Origin: a virus
Strand: one strand, 5' to 3'
DNA length: 64,000 bases
IMG/VR virus record: IMGVR_UViG_3300028593_001667
The notes under the pieces are model-generated. The model worked only from the letters and a program-made list of their open reading frames with translations, was not told the origin of the DNA and ran no database searches. Positions 18,555 to 26,637 of the stretch are shown in pieces. The stretch's first letter is position 1. Each line of letters begins with the position of its first letter. The position numbers and the translations under genes are program-made.

Positions 18555-18958
18555 GAAAGACCACCTCCGAAGCGGTCAGCGATATAACATTCATGGGAGC
18601 AGTACTTTCTATTCTTGTTTCCGTATGAATAAAAGGCTTTATGGCAATAAGCACAGATCAGCTCGTAGTAGGCTTTACGCTTTACCTTATCCGGATGTTC
18701 TTTCCACCAGGAGAGCCTGCATTCATCGGAACAAAAGCTTTTCTGCTTTGCTCCTTCGGTCTGCGTGAGCTTCTTTCCGCACTTTTTGCAAAAGAGAACT
18801 TCAATAGCATCTGTGCCGCTTCGGTTTCCCGTCAGCCCGTTTCGTCTGCAGTGAGACTTCACGGTGTTGACAGAAAGCCCCAGTTTTTGAGCGATAGCCT
18901 TGTAGCCTGCACCTTTGTTTCTTAATTTTTCGATAGCTTTTCTCTGGAGGTCATTCAT
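18551..18958 (-). CDS. HTH plus Cys-rich (zinc finger) protein upstream of the recombinases
   Basis: GYKAIAQKLGLSVNTVKSHCRR; CKKC, FCSDEC, CAYC, YCSHEC. Confidence 0.8.
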   Translation of the reverse strand: MNDLQRKAIEKLRNKGAGYKAIAQKLGLSVNTVKSHCRRNGLTGNRSGTDAIEVLFCKKCGKKLTQTEGAKQKSFCSDECRLSWWKEHPDKVKRKAYYELICAYCHKAFYSYGNKNRKYCSHECYIADRFGGGLS

Positions 18959-19172
18959 AGAAGACCTCCGCTTTTTCTTTCAACCACTCGGCCGCACAGG
19001 ATTTGCAATAGACACAGGTTGTATGAAGATCGGTATCTTCCTCTTTCAAAACGTCACTCAGGTTCACCCGGATTTCTTTTCCGCATTTAGGGCAAATGGA
19101 ATAGACGTTTTTATCCGATAAGCGGGTGATAACCTTGCTGTTTTCTGAAAGCGTCAATTTGGTATAAAACAT
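18951..19172 (-). CDS. Small zinc-finger protein (73 aa)
   Basis: CPKC...CKSC; GGAGG RBS. Confidence 0.7.
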   Translation of the reverse strand: MFYTKLTLSENSKVITRLSDKNVYSICPKCGKEIRVNLSDVLKEEDTDLHTTCVYCKSCAAEWLKEKAEVFYE

Positions 19173-19206
19173 GATCTGTCCTCCGTTTTTTTGTGATAGG
19201 GAAAAC

Positions 19207-19249
19207 TCCCTTCACTTCCCCCTTGGACAGATCAGGCGTTTTTGGGCAA
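19207..19249 (-). promoter_or_regulatory. 43-bp motif, copy 1 (candidate phage-sigma promoter)
   Basis: TTGCCCAAAA-acgcctgatc-TGTCCAAGGGG-gaa-GTGAAGGGA, immediately after the polA stop codon. Confidence 0.7.
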
Positions 19250-21238
19250 TTAATCTTTCTGATAAAACGAACAAGTAAATCCGTCCGCGTCAAGTTTTAG
19301 ACCTTTAGCCCATTTTGGTGTCCTGCTCATCTGGTCGCACACAGCCTGTACCGACATGCGGGGATCAGCTTCGATCACGATCTCATCGTGGACATGCATG
19401 ACAATGTCTGAATATTTAAAGGTCATAAGGGCACTGCATAGGATGTCTCTGGAAATAGCCTGCACGATGTTTTCGACAAGCTTTGCTCCGTAGGTTTCAA
19501 TTCGCTCCCAGCGCTTTCCCGTGCCTACCCCTTCATAGGTGATGGACTCACCGCCGAAGCGGTTTTCTTCAATGCGGGGTTTTGCATAGAATAGCTCTCG
19601 GCTGGACGGAAGGGTGATGATGAGCATGCCGGACTCATAGTTAAAACGGATATTTTTGACTTCCTTTTTCTTGGAACGCTCTCTGACAGTAGCTATAGCC
19701 GCCCGGTCAATGTCCTGCCAGAGCATGACAATATTAGGGTTCGTCGCACGCCAGGCACTTACCAAGTTCGGCAGTTCCTCTTCCAAAAGCCCCATCTCAA
19801 GGGCACCCATTGCTTTCAAGGCTCCAACCGAGCCGCCGTAGCCACAGGCGAGTTCCGCTATCTTTCCTTTTTGCCTGAGATGTGCATTCACACCGTGCTT
19901 TTCTACGGGAACACCGAACATCTCACTTGCCGACCTGCAGTAGATATCACCACCTTCAGAGAAAAGTGCCATCCGCCATGTTTCTTCCGCCAGCCAGGCT
20001 AAAACTCTTGCTTCAATGGCCGAGTAGTCAGCGACAAGAAAGATGCGTCCTTTTTTTGGAATAAAGGCGGTGCGGATAAGTTCCGATAAGACTTGCGGAA
20101 TAGAATCAAAGAGCAGACTTAAGGATTTAAGGTCACCATCTTTGACCAGCTTTCTTGCTAGCTCCAAATCCTCCATCTTGTTTCTTGGGAGATTTTGAAC
20201 TTGAATGAGCCTTCCTGAAAAGCGACCGGTGCGGTTGGCTCCATAGAACTGCAAGAGTCCTCTGGCGCGACCGTCACGACAGATGCAGTCTCTCATCGTT
20301 TCGTATTTCTTAACGCTGGACTTGGCAAGTTCCTGCCTGGTTTCAAGAACCTCTTTGACATCGCCTGAAGCATCTTTAAGGAGTTCTTTTACTGCCTTTC
20401 TATCAAGAGATTCAGTTGCGATTCCCTTTGAAAAAAGCCACCCTTTCAGCTGCAGGACAGAATTGGGATTTTCAAGCCCGGTGATTCTTCTCAGTTTTGC
20501 CATGCTTTCTTCACGGACGGCTTCATTCATCCGGATGGCATTTTTAGCGAGGTCTTTATCCAGCAAAATGCCGAGGTCATTTATTTCCTGATCTCTGTGA
20601 TAAATCTCCCATTCCTTATCCGGCATAGAAAAACGGGAAAGCTTGTCATGAATGAGAAGTTCCGTTTCCACATCTCGCTTGTTGTAGGATTTGTAAAGTG
20701 CCCATTTTTCCGGATCGTGTGAGGGCAGATTTTTTGTTCTGCCGCCATTTGTTCGAGTCGCTTTACAGGGAAGAGAAAAATAGCGGATGAGATCTTTGCC
20801 GGTCTTTAGTTTTTGTTTATCCAGCCCTAAAACCTCACCGACCCCTTCCAAAGATAAGGGAAGTCCCAGATAGGCAGACCAGGCCATATCGCAGTACCAG
20901 GACTTTGGATCAAGGTAAAGCAGGTACTCAGGATCGTGTCCAAAGGGTAGCGGCTTTTCTAAGACATAACCCTCTCTTTTCAGCCATTCCGAGATACAAA
21001 CCCGCTCAAACTGAGCGTTAAAAGCCCACTTGATGACATCATCTGAAAGAAAGGCATGAATGAGTTTTTCCGGCATCTTTTCACCCTGAGCGAGGTCAAT
21101 CGTCTTTATCTCTCCTCCGTCGATTGCATAAGAAAGAAGCAGAATTTCAAAGTCCGGCTCCTCGACATAGCGATAAACTCCTGTTTTTCTTAAATCGGCA
21201 GAGGAAAAAGTTTCAATGTCTAAGCATATTGTTTTCAT
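19250..21238 (-). CDS. Phage DNA polymerase, family A
   Basis: Exonuclease DIET and FNAQFE; polymerase DYSAIEARVLA, RQKGKIAELACGYGG, HVHDE. Confidence 0.93.
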   Translation of the reverse strand: MKTICLDIETFSSADLRKTGVYRYVEEPDFEILLLSYAIDGGEIKTIDLAQGEKMPEKLIHAFLSDDVIKWAFNAQFERVCISEWLKREGYVLEKPLPFGHDPEYLLYLDPKSWYCDMAWSAYLGLPLSLEGVGEVLGLDKQKLKTGKDLIRYFSLPCKATRTNGGRTKNLPSHDPEKWALYKSYNKRDVETELLIHDKLSRFSMPDKEWEIYHRDQEINDLGILLDKDLAKNAIRMNEAVREESMAKLRRITGLENPNSVLQLKGWLFSKGIATESLDRKAVKELLKDASGDVKEVLETRQELAKSSVKKYETMRDCICRDGRARGLLQFYGANRTGRFSGRLIQVQNLPRNKMEDLELARKLVKDGDLKSLSLLFDSIPQVLSELIRTAFIPKKGRIFLVADYSAIEARVLAWLAEETWRMALFSEGGDIYCRSASEMFGVPVEKHGVNAHLRQKGKIAELACGYGGSVGALKAMGALEMGLLEEELPNLVSAWRATNPNIVMLWQDIDRAAIATVRERSKKKEVKNIRFNYESGMLIITLPSSRELFYAKPRIEENRFGGESITYEGVGTGKRWERIETYGAKLVENIVQAISRDILCSALMTFKYSDIVMHVHDEIVIEADPRMSVQAVCDQMSRTPKWAKGLKLDADGFTCSFYQKD

Positions 21239-21291
21239 TTACTTCCTCCATAGAGAGAAAGGGCGGAGCCTTTGACCCCGCCCTCCCGTCA

Positions 21292-21435
21292 TCAGTTTTT
21301 CTTTTGCCTTTTTGCCTGTCTCCATACGGCTTTACAGAATCTGTAGACAAGGTAGAAAGGTAAGAAGGCTAGTGTTCCGGCCAGAAGCGTTGCTGTGAAA
21401 AGCTGATAGAGCTGAGAAAAGTATTCACAAAACAT
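21292..21435 (-). CDS. Small membrane peptide (47 aa, absent from the ORF track)
   Basis: MFCEYFSQLYQLFTATLLAGTLAFLPFYLVYRFCKAVWRQAKRQKKN; AGGAGG RBS; hydrophobic core and basic tail. Confidence 0.65.
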   Translation of the reverse strand: MFCEYFSQLYQLFTATLLAGTLAFLPFYLVYRFCKAVWRQAKRQKKN

Positions 21436-21447
21436 GAGATTTCCTCC

Positions 21448-22008
21448 TTAGCTCAAGAAGTCATCTTCTTCAGCAAAATCAGCAAAGTCATCTTCTGCGC
21501 TGGTGCGGCTTCCCAAGGGTTCTCCGTCACGGATTTTCTGCAGGTTATTTAAGCCACAGGCGATTCCTCGATTGCCGTTGGAGTTGAATGCGTAGAAGTT
21601 AATGGACGCTCTGCCGTAGACTCCGCTGTAGACTTCAGAGCGGGTCAGGATCGGCTGCACATTGGCATCGACGATACCCGGCTGAGTGGTTGAGTTGGCG
21701 TTGAGAAAATAGCTGTTTGCATAGGCTTCGTCATCCGGACGCTCCGTATCACCGTCACGAAGCGGTGTTTTGATGGACTCAAGCGGCGGAACAGAGCGGC
21801 TATTGCCTTTCAGCTTCGCTTCGCCTTCTTTGTAGGCAGCTTGAATCGCTTTCTTGATGGCTTCAATGGTTTTCTTGTCGCTTTTTGGAATGATGAGAGA
21901 TACCGAGAACTTCGGCACTCCGCCATTAATGGATTTTGGCTCCCACACATTGGCGTAGGACCAGCGAGTGTCTTTACCTGTAATTACTTTCATTGGATTC
22001 TTAGTCAT
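21448..22008 (-). CDS. DUF2815 family single-stranded DNA-binding protein (T7 gp2.5-like)
   Basis: RWSYANVWEPKS, PLRDGD, GIACGLNNLQK; acidic tail ending EDDFLS. Confidence 0.88.
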   Translation of the reverse strand: MTKNPMKVITGKDTRWSYANVWEPKSINGGVPKFSVSLIIPKSDKKTIEAIKKAIQAAYKEGEAKLKGNSRSVPPLESIKTPLRDGDTERPDDEAYANSYFLNANSTTQPGIVDANVQPILTRSEVYSGVYGRASINFYAFNSNGNRGIACGLNNLQKIRDGEPLGSRTSAEDDFADFAEEDDFLS

Positions 22009-23134
22009 GGATCGTTTCCTCCTTAAAATCATCAAATATGTTTGTCATTTCCGGTCTTTTATCGCTTTCCGGTACAAGCGTCGGTTTGCCTTGGGGCTTA
22101 ATCACGAGATCTCCTAAGAGATCGCTGAACTGTTTCCTGCCGAGAAGCTGAGTCATGGCAGTGATGCCTAAGACCTTCTTTTCATAAGGGTCAAAGCCTG
22201 CCTGCTTAACCGTCTCGGCGACTTTTGCTTCATCGCTGTACTTGCGGTTTGACCTGCCTTCAACGAGTTTGAATCCCGCCCATTTCTTGCCGGATTTGGC
22301 AGCTGTCAAGGCGTAGTCCTTGATGTCCTTGGCCCATGCGGAAAGCTCGTCAAGTTTTCCTAGGACAGATTCGATTTCCTCATCTGTTAGAAGCGGTGGC
22401 CTGGCAAAGTCATACTTAGCCAGTTCAAGATTGGCACTTGCTCGTTCTGCACAGGTCGCTTTTACCTTGCAGAACTGACACCAGCTTCCGGCAGCAAAGT
22501 CGCCCTTGCCCTCAAAGGCCAGTGCGGCGATGGGCTTTACAGTTTCTTTGGCCCAGCCGTAGAGTTCTTCTTTTGGCAAGGTAAAGCTTGAGATATTGTC
22601 TCTTCTCGGCTGAAAAATGGTCATTTTGACTTCATCAAAATCGTAGATGCTGTCAAAGAGAAGGCTTGCCGCCAGGCCGTAGAGCATAAGCTGGGGATTT
22701 CGTTCCGCTTCGACCAGCACCCCTGTTCCGTACTTAAAATCCCAGAGATAGAGCGTATCGTCAGCGATGATGATGCAGTCCGCTGTGCCAAAGCCCTTCG
22801 GTACGATGTCGGAGAAGTCGAGCCTTTGCTCAATCAGGACAATCGGATCGGTGGTGGTTTGCTTTATCCCTTCAAGGCTCTCCATGATATGGTCGGCATA
22901 GAAGGCTGCCGCATCGTCCATCTCTTTTGAGTAGTAGGAGAGGTTTTCCGTCGGGTCATTCGCTTTCATGCCGAGGGCTGATTTCAGCTTGTATTCCGCA
23001 AGCTCGTGTGCCGCTGAACCTTCTAAGGCATAGGGCGATGCTTCATCTCTGACCTTTGCGTTCAGCCTTGCTGAGGGCGGGCAGTGAAGCCACCTGTAGG
23101 AAGAAGAAGCGGATAACATGGCGTGTGCTGTCAT
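22001..23134 (-). CDS. DUF2800 family PD-(D/E)xK (Cas4-like) nuclease
   Basis: HAMLSASSSYRWLHCPPS, GFGTAD, DFKYG, NPQLMLY, WCQFC. Confidence 0.88.
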   Translation of the reverse strand: MTAHAMLSASSSYRWLHCPPSARLNAKVRDEASPYALEGSAAHELAEYKLKSALGMKANDPTENLSYYSKEMDDAAAFYADHIMESLEGIKQTTTDPIVLIEQRLDFSDIVPKGFGTADCIIIADDTLYLWDFKYGTGVLVEAERNPQLMLYGLAASLLFDSIYDFDEVKMTIFQPRRDNISSFTLPKEELYGWAKETVKPIAALAFEGKGDFAAGSWCQFCKVKATCAERASANLELAKYDFARPPLLTDEEIESVLGKLDELSAWAKDIKDYALTAAKSGKKWAGFKLVEGRSNRKYSDEAKVAETVKQAGFDPYEKKVLGITAMTQLLGRKQFSDLLGDLVIKPQGKPTLVPESDKRPEMTNIFDDFKEETIHD

Positions 23135-23424
23135 TTCTTTAATCCCTCCACTTCCTTTAGCAAGGCTTCGTAGTGCATGGGTTCTACCGCTGAGAGTTTC
23201 TCCGCACCGTACTTTTCAATCAGTGCCTTAATCTCCTTGGTGAAACCTGCTTGCGACTTTTTGGCGAGAACGGCTCTGATATCGGACAGACTGAGTTCGG
23301 GTTTTGCAGGCTTCTCCGGAGCCACAGGCTTGTCGCTTTCGAGTGCCGATGCCAATGTGCCAAGGCTGTCCGCCAAAGCGTGCATATCATCAACAATGTC
23401 TTTTAGTAATTTGATTCTGCTCAT
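23131..23424 (-). CDS. Conserved small phage protein
   Basis: LSDIRAVLAKKSQAGFTKEIKALIEKYGAEKLS; coupled to both neighbours. Confidence 0.75.
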   Translation of the reverse strand: MSRIKLLKDIVDDMHALADSLGTLASALESDKPVAPEKPAKPELSLSDIRAVLAKKSQAGFTKEIKALIEKYGAEKLSAVEPMHYEALLKEVEGLKK

Positions 23425-24170
23425 GAGACACCTCCTTCGAGAAGAAGACGGAATGTCTCACGTCCCTTGGGCGTAATCAGTGTCTGATAGCCTTTCCAGT
23501 CGGTTTTCTCGTTGAAACATTCCTTGATTTCAAAAAGACCGTCATTTTTCTCGGCGTAAGGAAAGAGCGTGCCTTTCGCATCCCTGTAGATGTAGCCGTG
23601 GCTCAGGAGATAGTCGATAAACTCCTTTTGCTTAACACCGAGCGCCTTTGCCGTATTGCGGAAATTAGAGAGTAGGTTTCTGTCCACCAGCTCATCAAAG
23701 TAGTCCGCCTTAGGCTGCATGACCGTGTTTTGAACGGTAAGTTCCGAATTTTGGATGGAAAGGACATCACGTTCTTCTCTTGCTTTTTTGAGTTCCGTTG
23801 CCAGCTGAATTAAGGTGTCCGGATTAAGAAGTACTTCTTCTAGCTTCGCAGGAGTCAAGTAGGCTCCGTGTTTTCGAATGTCCGGCAACACCTCATGCGT
23901 GATCCAGCGTTTGAAGGTTTTCGCTTCAGGTTTTCGGCTGGCTAGAATCAGGTTATATAAGCCGTACTCATTGATGCAGTTGGTCATTCCCTGACGACCT
24001 AGATTGAATCTAGACCGTTCGTCATCATCCAGGCGCTTAACAGCGTCAGTTGTGTTTTTGATATCCAGTGCATCGCAAATATCCGTTGCGACAAACCAGA
24101 TGTCTCCGTCTTTTGTCAGTGTTCGGATTTTTCCGAACTGTTCGTGTTCATAGATTTGCATTGGCTCCAT
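23421..24170 (-). CDS. Phage antirepressor (BRO-N + KilA-C/ANT)
   Basis: WFVATDICDAL, FKRWITHEVLPDIRKHGAY, PKADYFD, TLITPKG. Confidence 0.9.
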   Translation of the reverse strand: MEPMQIYEHEQFGKIRTLTKDGDIWFVATDICDALDIKNTTDAVKRLDDDERSRFNLGRQGMTNCINEYGLYNLILASRKPEAKTFKRWITHEVLPDIRKHGAYLTPAKLEEVLLNPDTLIQLATELKKAREERDVLSIQNSELTVQNTVMQPKADYFDELVDRNLLSNFRNTAKALGVKQKEFIDYLLSHGYIYRDAKGTLFPYAEKNDGLFEIKECFNEKTDWKGYQTLITPKGRETFRLLLEGGVS

Positions 24171-24285
24171 ACTTGGCCTCCTTTCTCTTACTCATGAGTT
24201 CTTGTGCTAATCTTTTTGACATGATGCTGATGGTGATAAGTAGTCCGATCAGCTGTTTGTCATCCGGATCTCTTGCTCGTTTCAT
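24148..24285 (-). CDS. Small hypothetical phage protein
   Basis: AGGAGG RBS before ATG 24285; LIGLLITISIMSKRLA. Confidence 0.65.
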   Translation of the reverse strand: MKRARDPDDKQLIGLLITISIMSKRLAQELMSKRKEAKYGANANL

Positions 24286-24321
24286 TGGCGTTCCTCCTAT
24301 CCGAAGGGCAGGTATCGTTTG

Positions 24322-24364
24322 TCCCTTCACCCTCCCCTTGGACAAGAGGAGGGATTTTGGGCAA
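24322..24364 (-). promoter_or_regulatory. 43-bp motif, copy 2
   Basis: TTGCCCAAAA-tccctcctct-TGTCCAAGGGG-agg-GTGAAGGGA just downstream of the sigma gene. Confidence 0.7.
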
Positions 24365-24391
24365 ACGAAATTGAAAAAAGTTTTTGATGGT

Positions 24392-24931
24392 CTAAAACCA
24401 GTCGCTTAATTTCTCAAGCAGGGTTTTGAAAATGACCGATTTTCTGTAGTTCACGGTTTTTCTTGGACAGTCGATTTTAGATGCGATAGCTCGTTCGCTA
24501 AGACCGTCCATGAAGAGACGGGCTATTTCCCGGTCACGGGGAGACAAGCTTTGAATTGCAGCGTGGATAGCTTCTTTGAATGCCTTTTCTTCCAGCTCTT
24601 CAGATAAATCTGATTCATCTGCGATTAAGTCGATAAGCGTGCTCATATCCTTGTTTTCATCTGCAACTAGCACATCCAGTGAAAGGAATTCTCCTTTTTT
24701 GTGATAAGGGCAGACATCACAGTCAGCCGCACACTTCCAAAAGAGGTGTTTGGGGCAAAAGCATCGACATGCCCTCTGTTCCTGCTTTCGGATTCGATTG
24801 ATGCTTTGATTTAGTTCCTGATAGATTTCTTCACTGACCGGGATAAGGTCGACGCTATAGGGGTCGTCCGGTCTTCTTAACGGGTAGTAGCGTTGTTTCT
24901 TGGATTGACTTTGTTTGTCTAAATTTTTCAT
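24392..24931 (-). CDS. Sigma-70 region 4 (ECF-like) phage transcription factor
   Basis: LSLD; AIQSLSPRDREIARLFMDGLSERAIASKIDCPRKTVNYRK; Cys cluster CFCP...C..C..CP. Confidence 0.82.
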   Translation of the reverse strand: MKNLDKQSQSKKQRYYPLRRPDDPYSVDLIPVSEEIYQELNQSINRIRKQEQRACRCFCPKHLFWKCAADCDVCPYHKKGEFLSLDVLVADENKDMSTLIDLIADESDLSEELEEKAFKEAIHAAIQSLSPRDREIARLFMDGLSERAIASKIDCPRKTVNYRKSVIFKTLLEKLSDWF

Positions 24932-25124
24932 CTTTTGTCCTTTCCGCCGTCCGGAGGAAAGGGCAAAGGAATATAGAAAAGGTCCCGTGCGATTCAGTAC
25001 ACGAGACCTTTAGAGCCGAAAAATGGGCACAGAAAAGAAAGGTACTGAAATCGCCATGACTGCTTGGTGCAGTGTTTTGACGTTTTCTGTATCCTATGCC
25101 TTTCCGTGCACAGATCGGCTTTAG
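24932..25124 (-). promoter_or_regulatory. Structured leader of the sigma gene (long stem, terminator-like hairpin, RBS-sequestering hairpin)
   Basis: Three consecutive stem-loops; several + strand mismatches become G-U pairs on the - strand. Confidence 0.6.
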
Positions 25125-25199
25125 ATAATTTTTGGGTGGATTACGACTTTGGCAATGCAGGCTGTCCAGTTAAGGGCTGTCTCTGCACCGCCGGGTAAA

Positions 25200-25340
25200 T
25201 TACTTGCGCTTAGGCTTGGTTTGCGATAAAGCGCTGCCTGCCACAGACTTCGAATTTTTGCTGTAGCGTCCGTCTCGCAAAATGCGAGAAGCTTTACGAG
25301 CAACTTTTCTTGAAGTCTGCTTCGAGTTTCGTTTGGCCAT
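25200..25340 (-). CDS. Highly basic 46-aa peptide
   Basis: MAKRNSKQTSRKVARKASRILRDGRYSKNSKSVAGSALSQTKPKRK; AAGGAGGTGA RBS before ATG 25340. Confidence 0.75.
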   Translation of the reverse strand: MAKRNSKQTSRKVARKASRILRDGRYSKNSKSVAGSALSQTKPKRK

Positions 25341-25595
25341 ACTTGTCACCTCCTTTTCATGGTTAAGAAATATAGCGTTTGAGAAAGAAACATGTCTGTT
25401 TTTGTGGATTAACGTCGATATACGTGGTATAATTAATGCGACTTCGACATCAATGTCCACGAAGGACTTTGTTTTATTCCTCGTGTATAGATTACGAAGT
25501 TGTGAATGGTACTAGCTATAGGTACTGGGCGAAAATATGTGGTACCGAGGGGACTCTTTTTTGGTACTGCAACTGGAAGAGAAAGGAGTGCCGTT

Positions 25596-26423
25596 TTGAA
25601 ATTCAGTGATTTTTGCAAACTCACATATAAGCGCTCTACATCTATTCCAAATCAAAAAGTTTTTGTGGAAAAATTATTTAAGAGTACTGGAGCATCCTTG
25701 CAATACTCACCTGACTACTACCAGAAGCTCTTTAATGGTGGGAAAGCACTAACTTCTGACATTTCTGAGCAAATCCCAAATCCAATACAACATGAAAATG
25801 TAGAACAATTTTTAATGCAGTTTTTCGATGTGACACATGCTAGTGAAGCTATGGATAAGGTAGGAATTCCAAAATCAGAAGTTAATTTACAGGCCTGGGT
25901 TGCTGCACTGGCAGATCAGTTGCAAATCATTATTCATCAAAATGAGGATGAGAGAGAAACTATCATTGCCTCTTATCAGGCTTATCTAAATAATCCCGAA
26001 GAAAGAGATGTACGGTATATCAGAACGCTTTATCGCAATGATGGTCTTTGGGTTGAGAACCCGCCGATTGAGCAGAACTATCAAGTGGCTTTTTATAAAA
26101 AAATCACCCATACATGGGTGATTCACAACATGGGAAAAGTTACCTGGAAAGATCGATGCTTAAAATGCATGGATGAAGAAGATGTTTCCATACGTCCATC
26201 AAAAAGGGTAATCCCAATACAAACTGTTGAGCCTAACAAAATTGTAAAACTGTCTGTGGACTTTGATTCTCGTGGAAAAGAAAACAAGGCAATCAGTGTG
26301 TGGAAGATGATGGATGCAAATAATCAAGATTGCTTTCCAGGTGATACGAATGTATTAAACGTTGTAATAGATGTGGTAAATACACAACTCTTGGAGGTAC
26401 AAAGTGGACGACAACACAGTTGA
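25596..26423 (+). CDS. Putative regulator with C-terminal NBR1/FW Ig-like domain
   Basis: AAGGAG RBS before TTG 25596; ITHTWVIHNMGKVTW...SVWKMMD; divergent from the sigma operon. Confidence 0.6.
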   Translation: MKFSDFCKLTYKRSTSIPNQKVFVEKLFKSTGASLQYSPDYYQKLFNGGKALTSDISEQIPNPIQHENVEQFLMQFFDVTHASEAMDKVGIPKSEVNLQAWVAALADQLQIIIHQNEDERETIIASYQAYLNNPEERDVRYIRTLYRNDGLWVENPPIEQNYQVAFYKKITHTWVIHNMGKVTWKDRCLKCMDEEDVSIRPSKRVIPIQTVEPNKIVKLSVDFDSRGKENKAISVWKMMDANNQDCFPGDTNVLNVVIDVVNTQLLEVQSGRQHS

Positions 26424-26613
26424 AAAATGGTCGAGTATGAAAGAAATTCAAGAATACCTTGGCGTTGGGCGCGACAGTATTCTCCAATGGATCGAGAAAA
26501 AAGACATGCCCGCATATAAATTAGGGCGACTTTGGAAATTTAAGTTGTCAGAAGTAGATGATTGGATTCGCTCAGGAGGAGCTGATGAGCGTAATAGTGC
26601 TGATCATGAGTAG
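26404..26613 (+). CDS. Excisionase-family HTH DNA-binding protein
   Basis: WSSMKEIQEYLGVGRDSILQWIEKKDMPAYKLGRLWKFKLSEVDDW. Confidence 0.88.
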   Translation: MDDNTVEKWSSMKEIQEYLGVGRDSILQWIEKKDMPAYKLGRLWKFKLSEVDDWIRSGGADERNSADHE

Positions 26614-26637
26614 TTTAGCAGGAGGCAAGCTAATACG

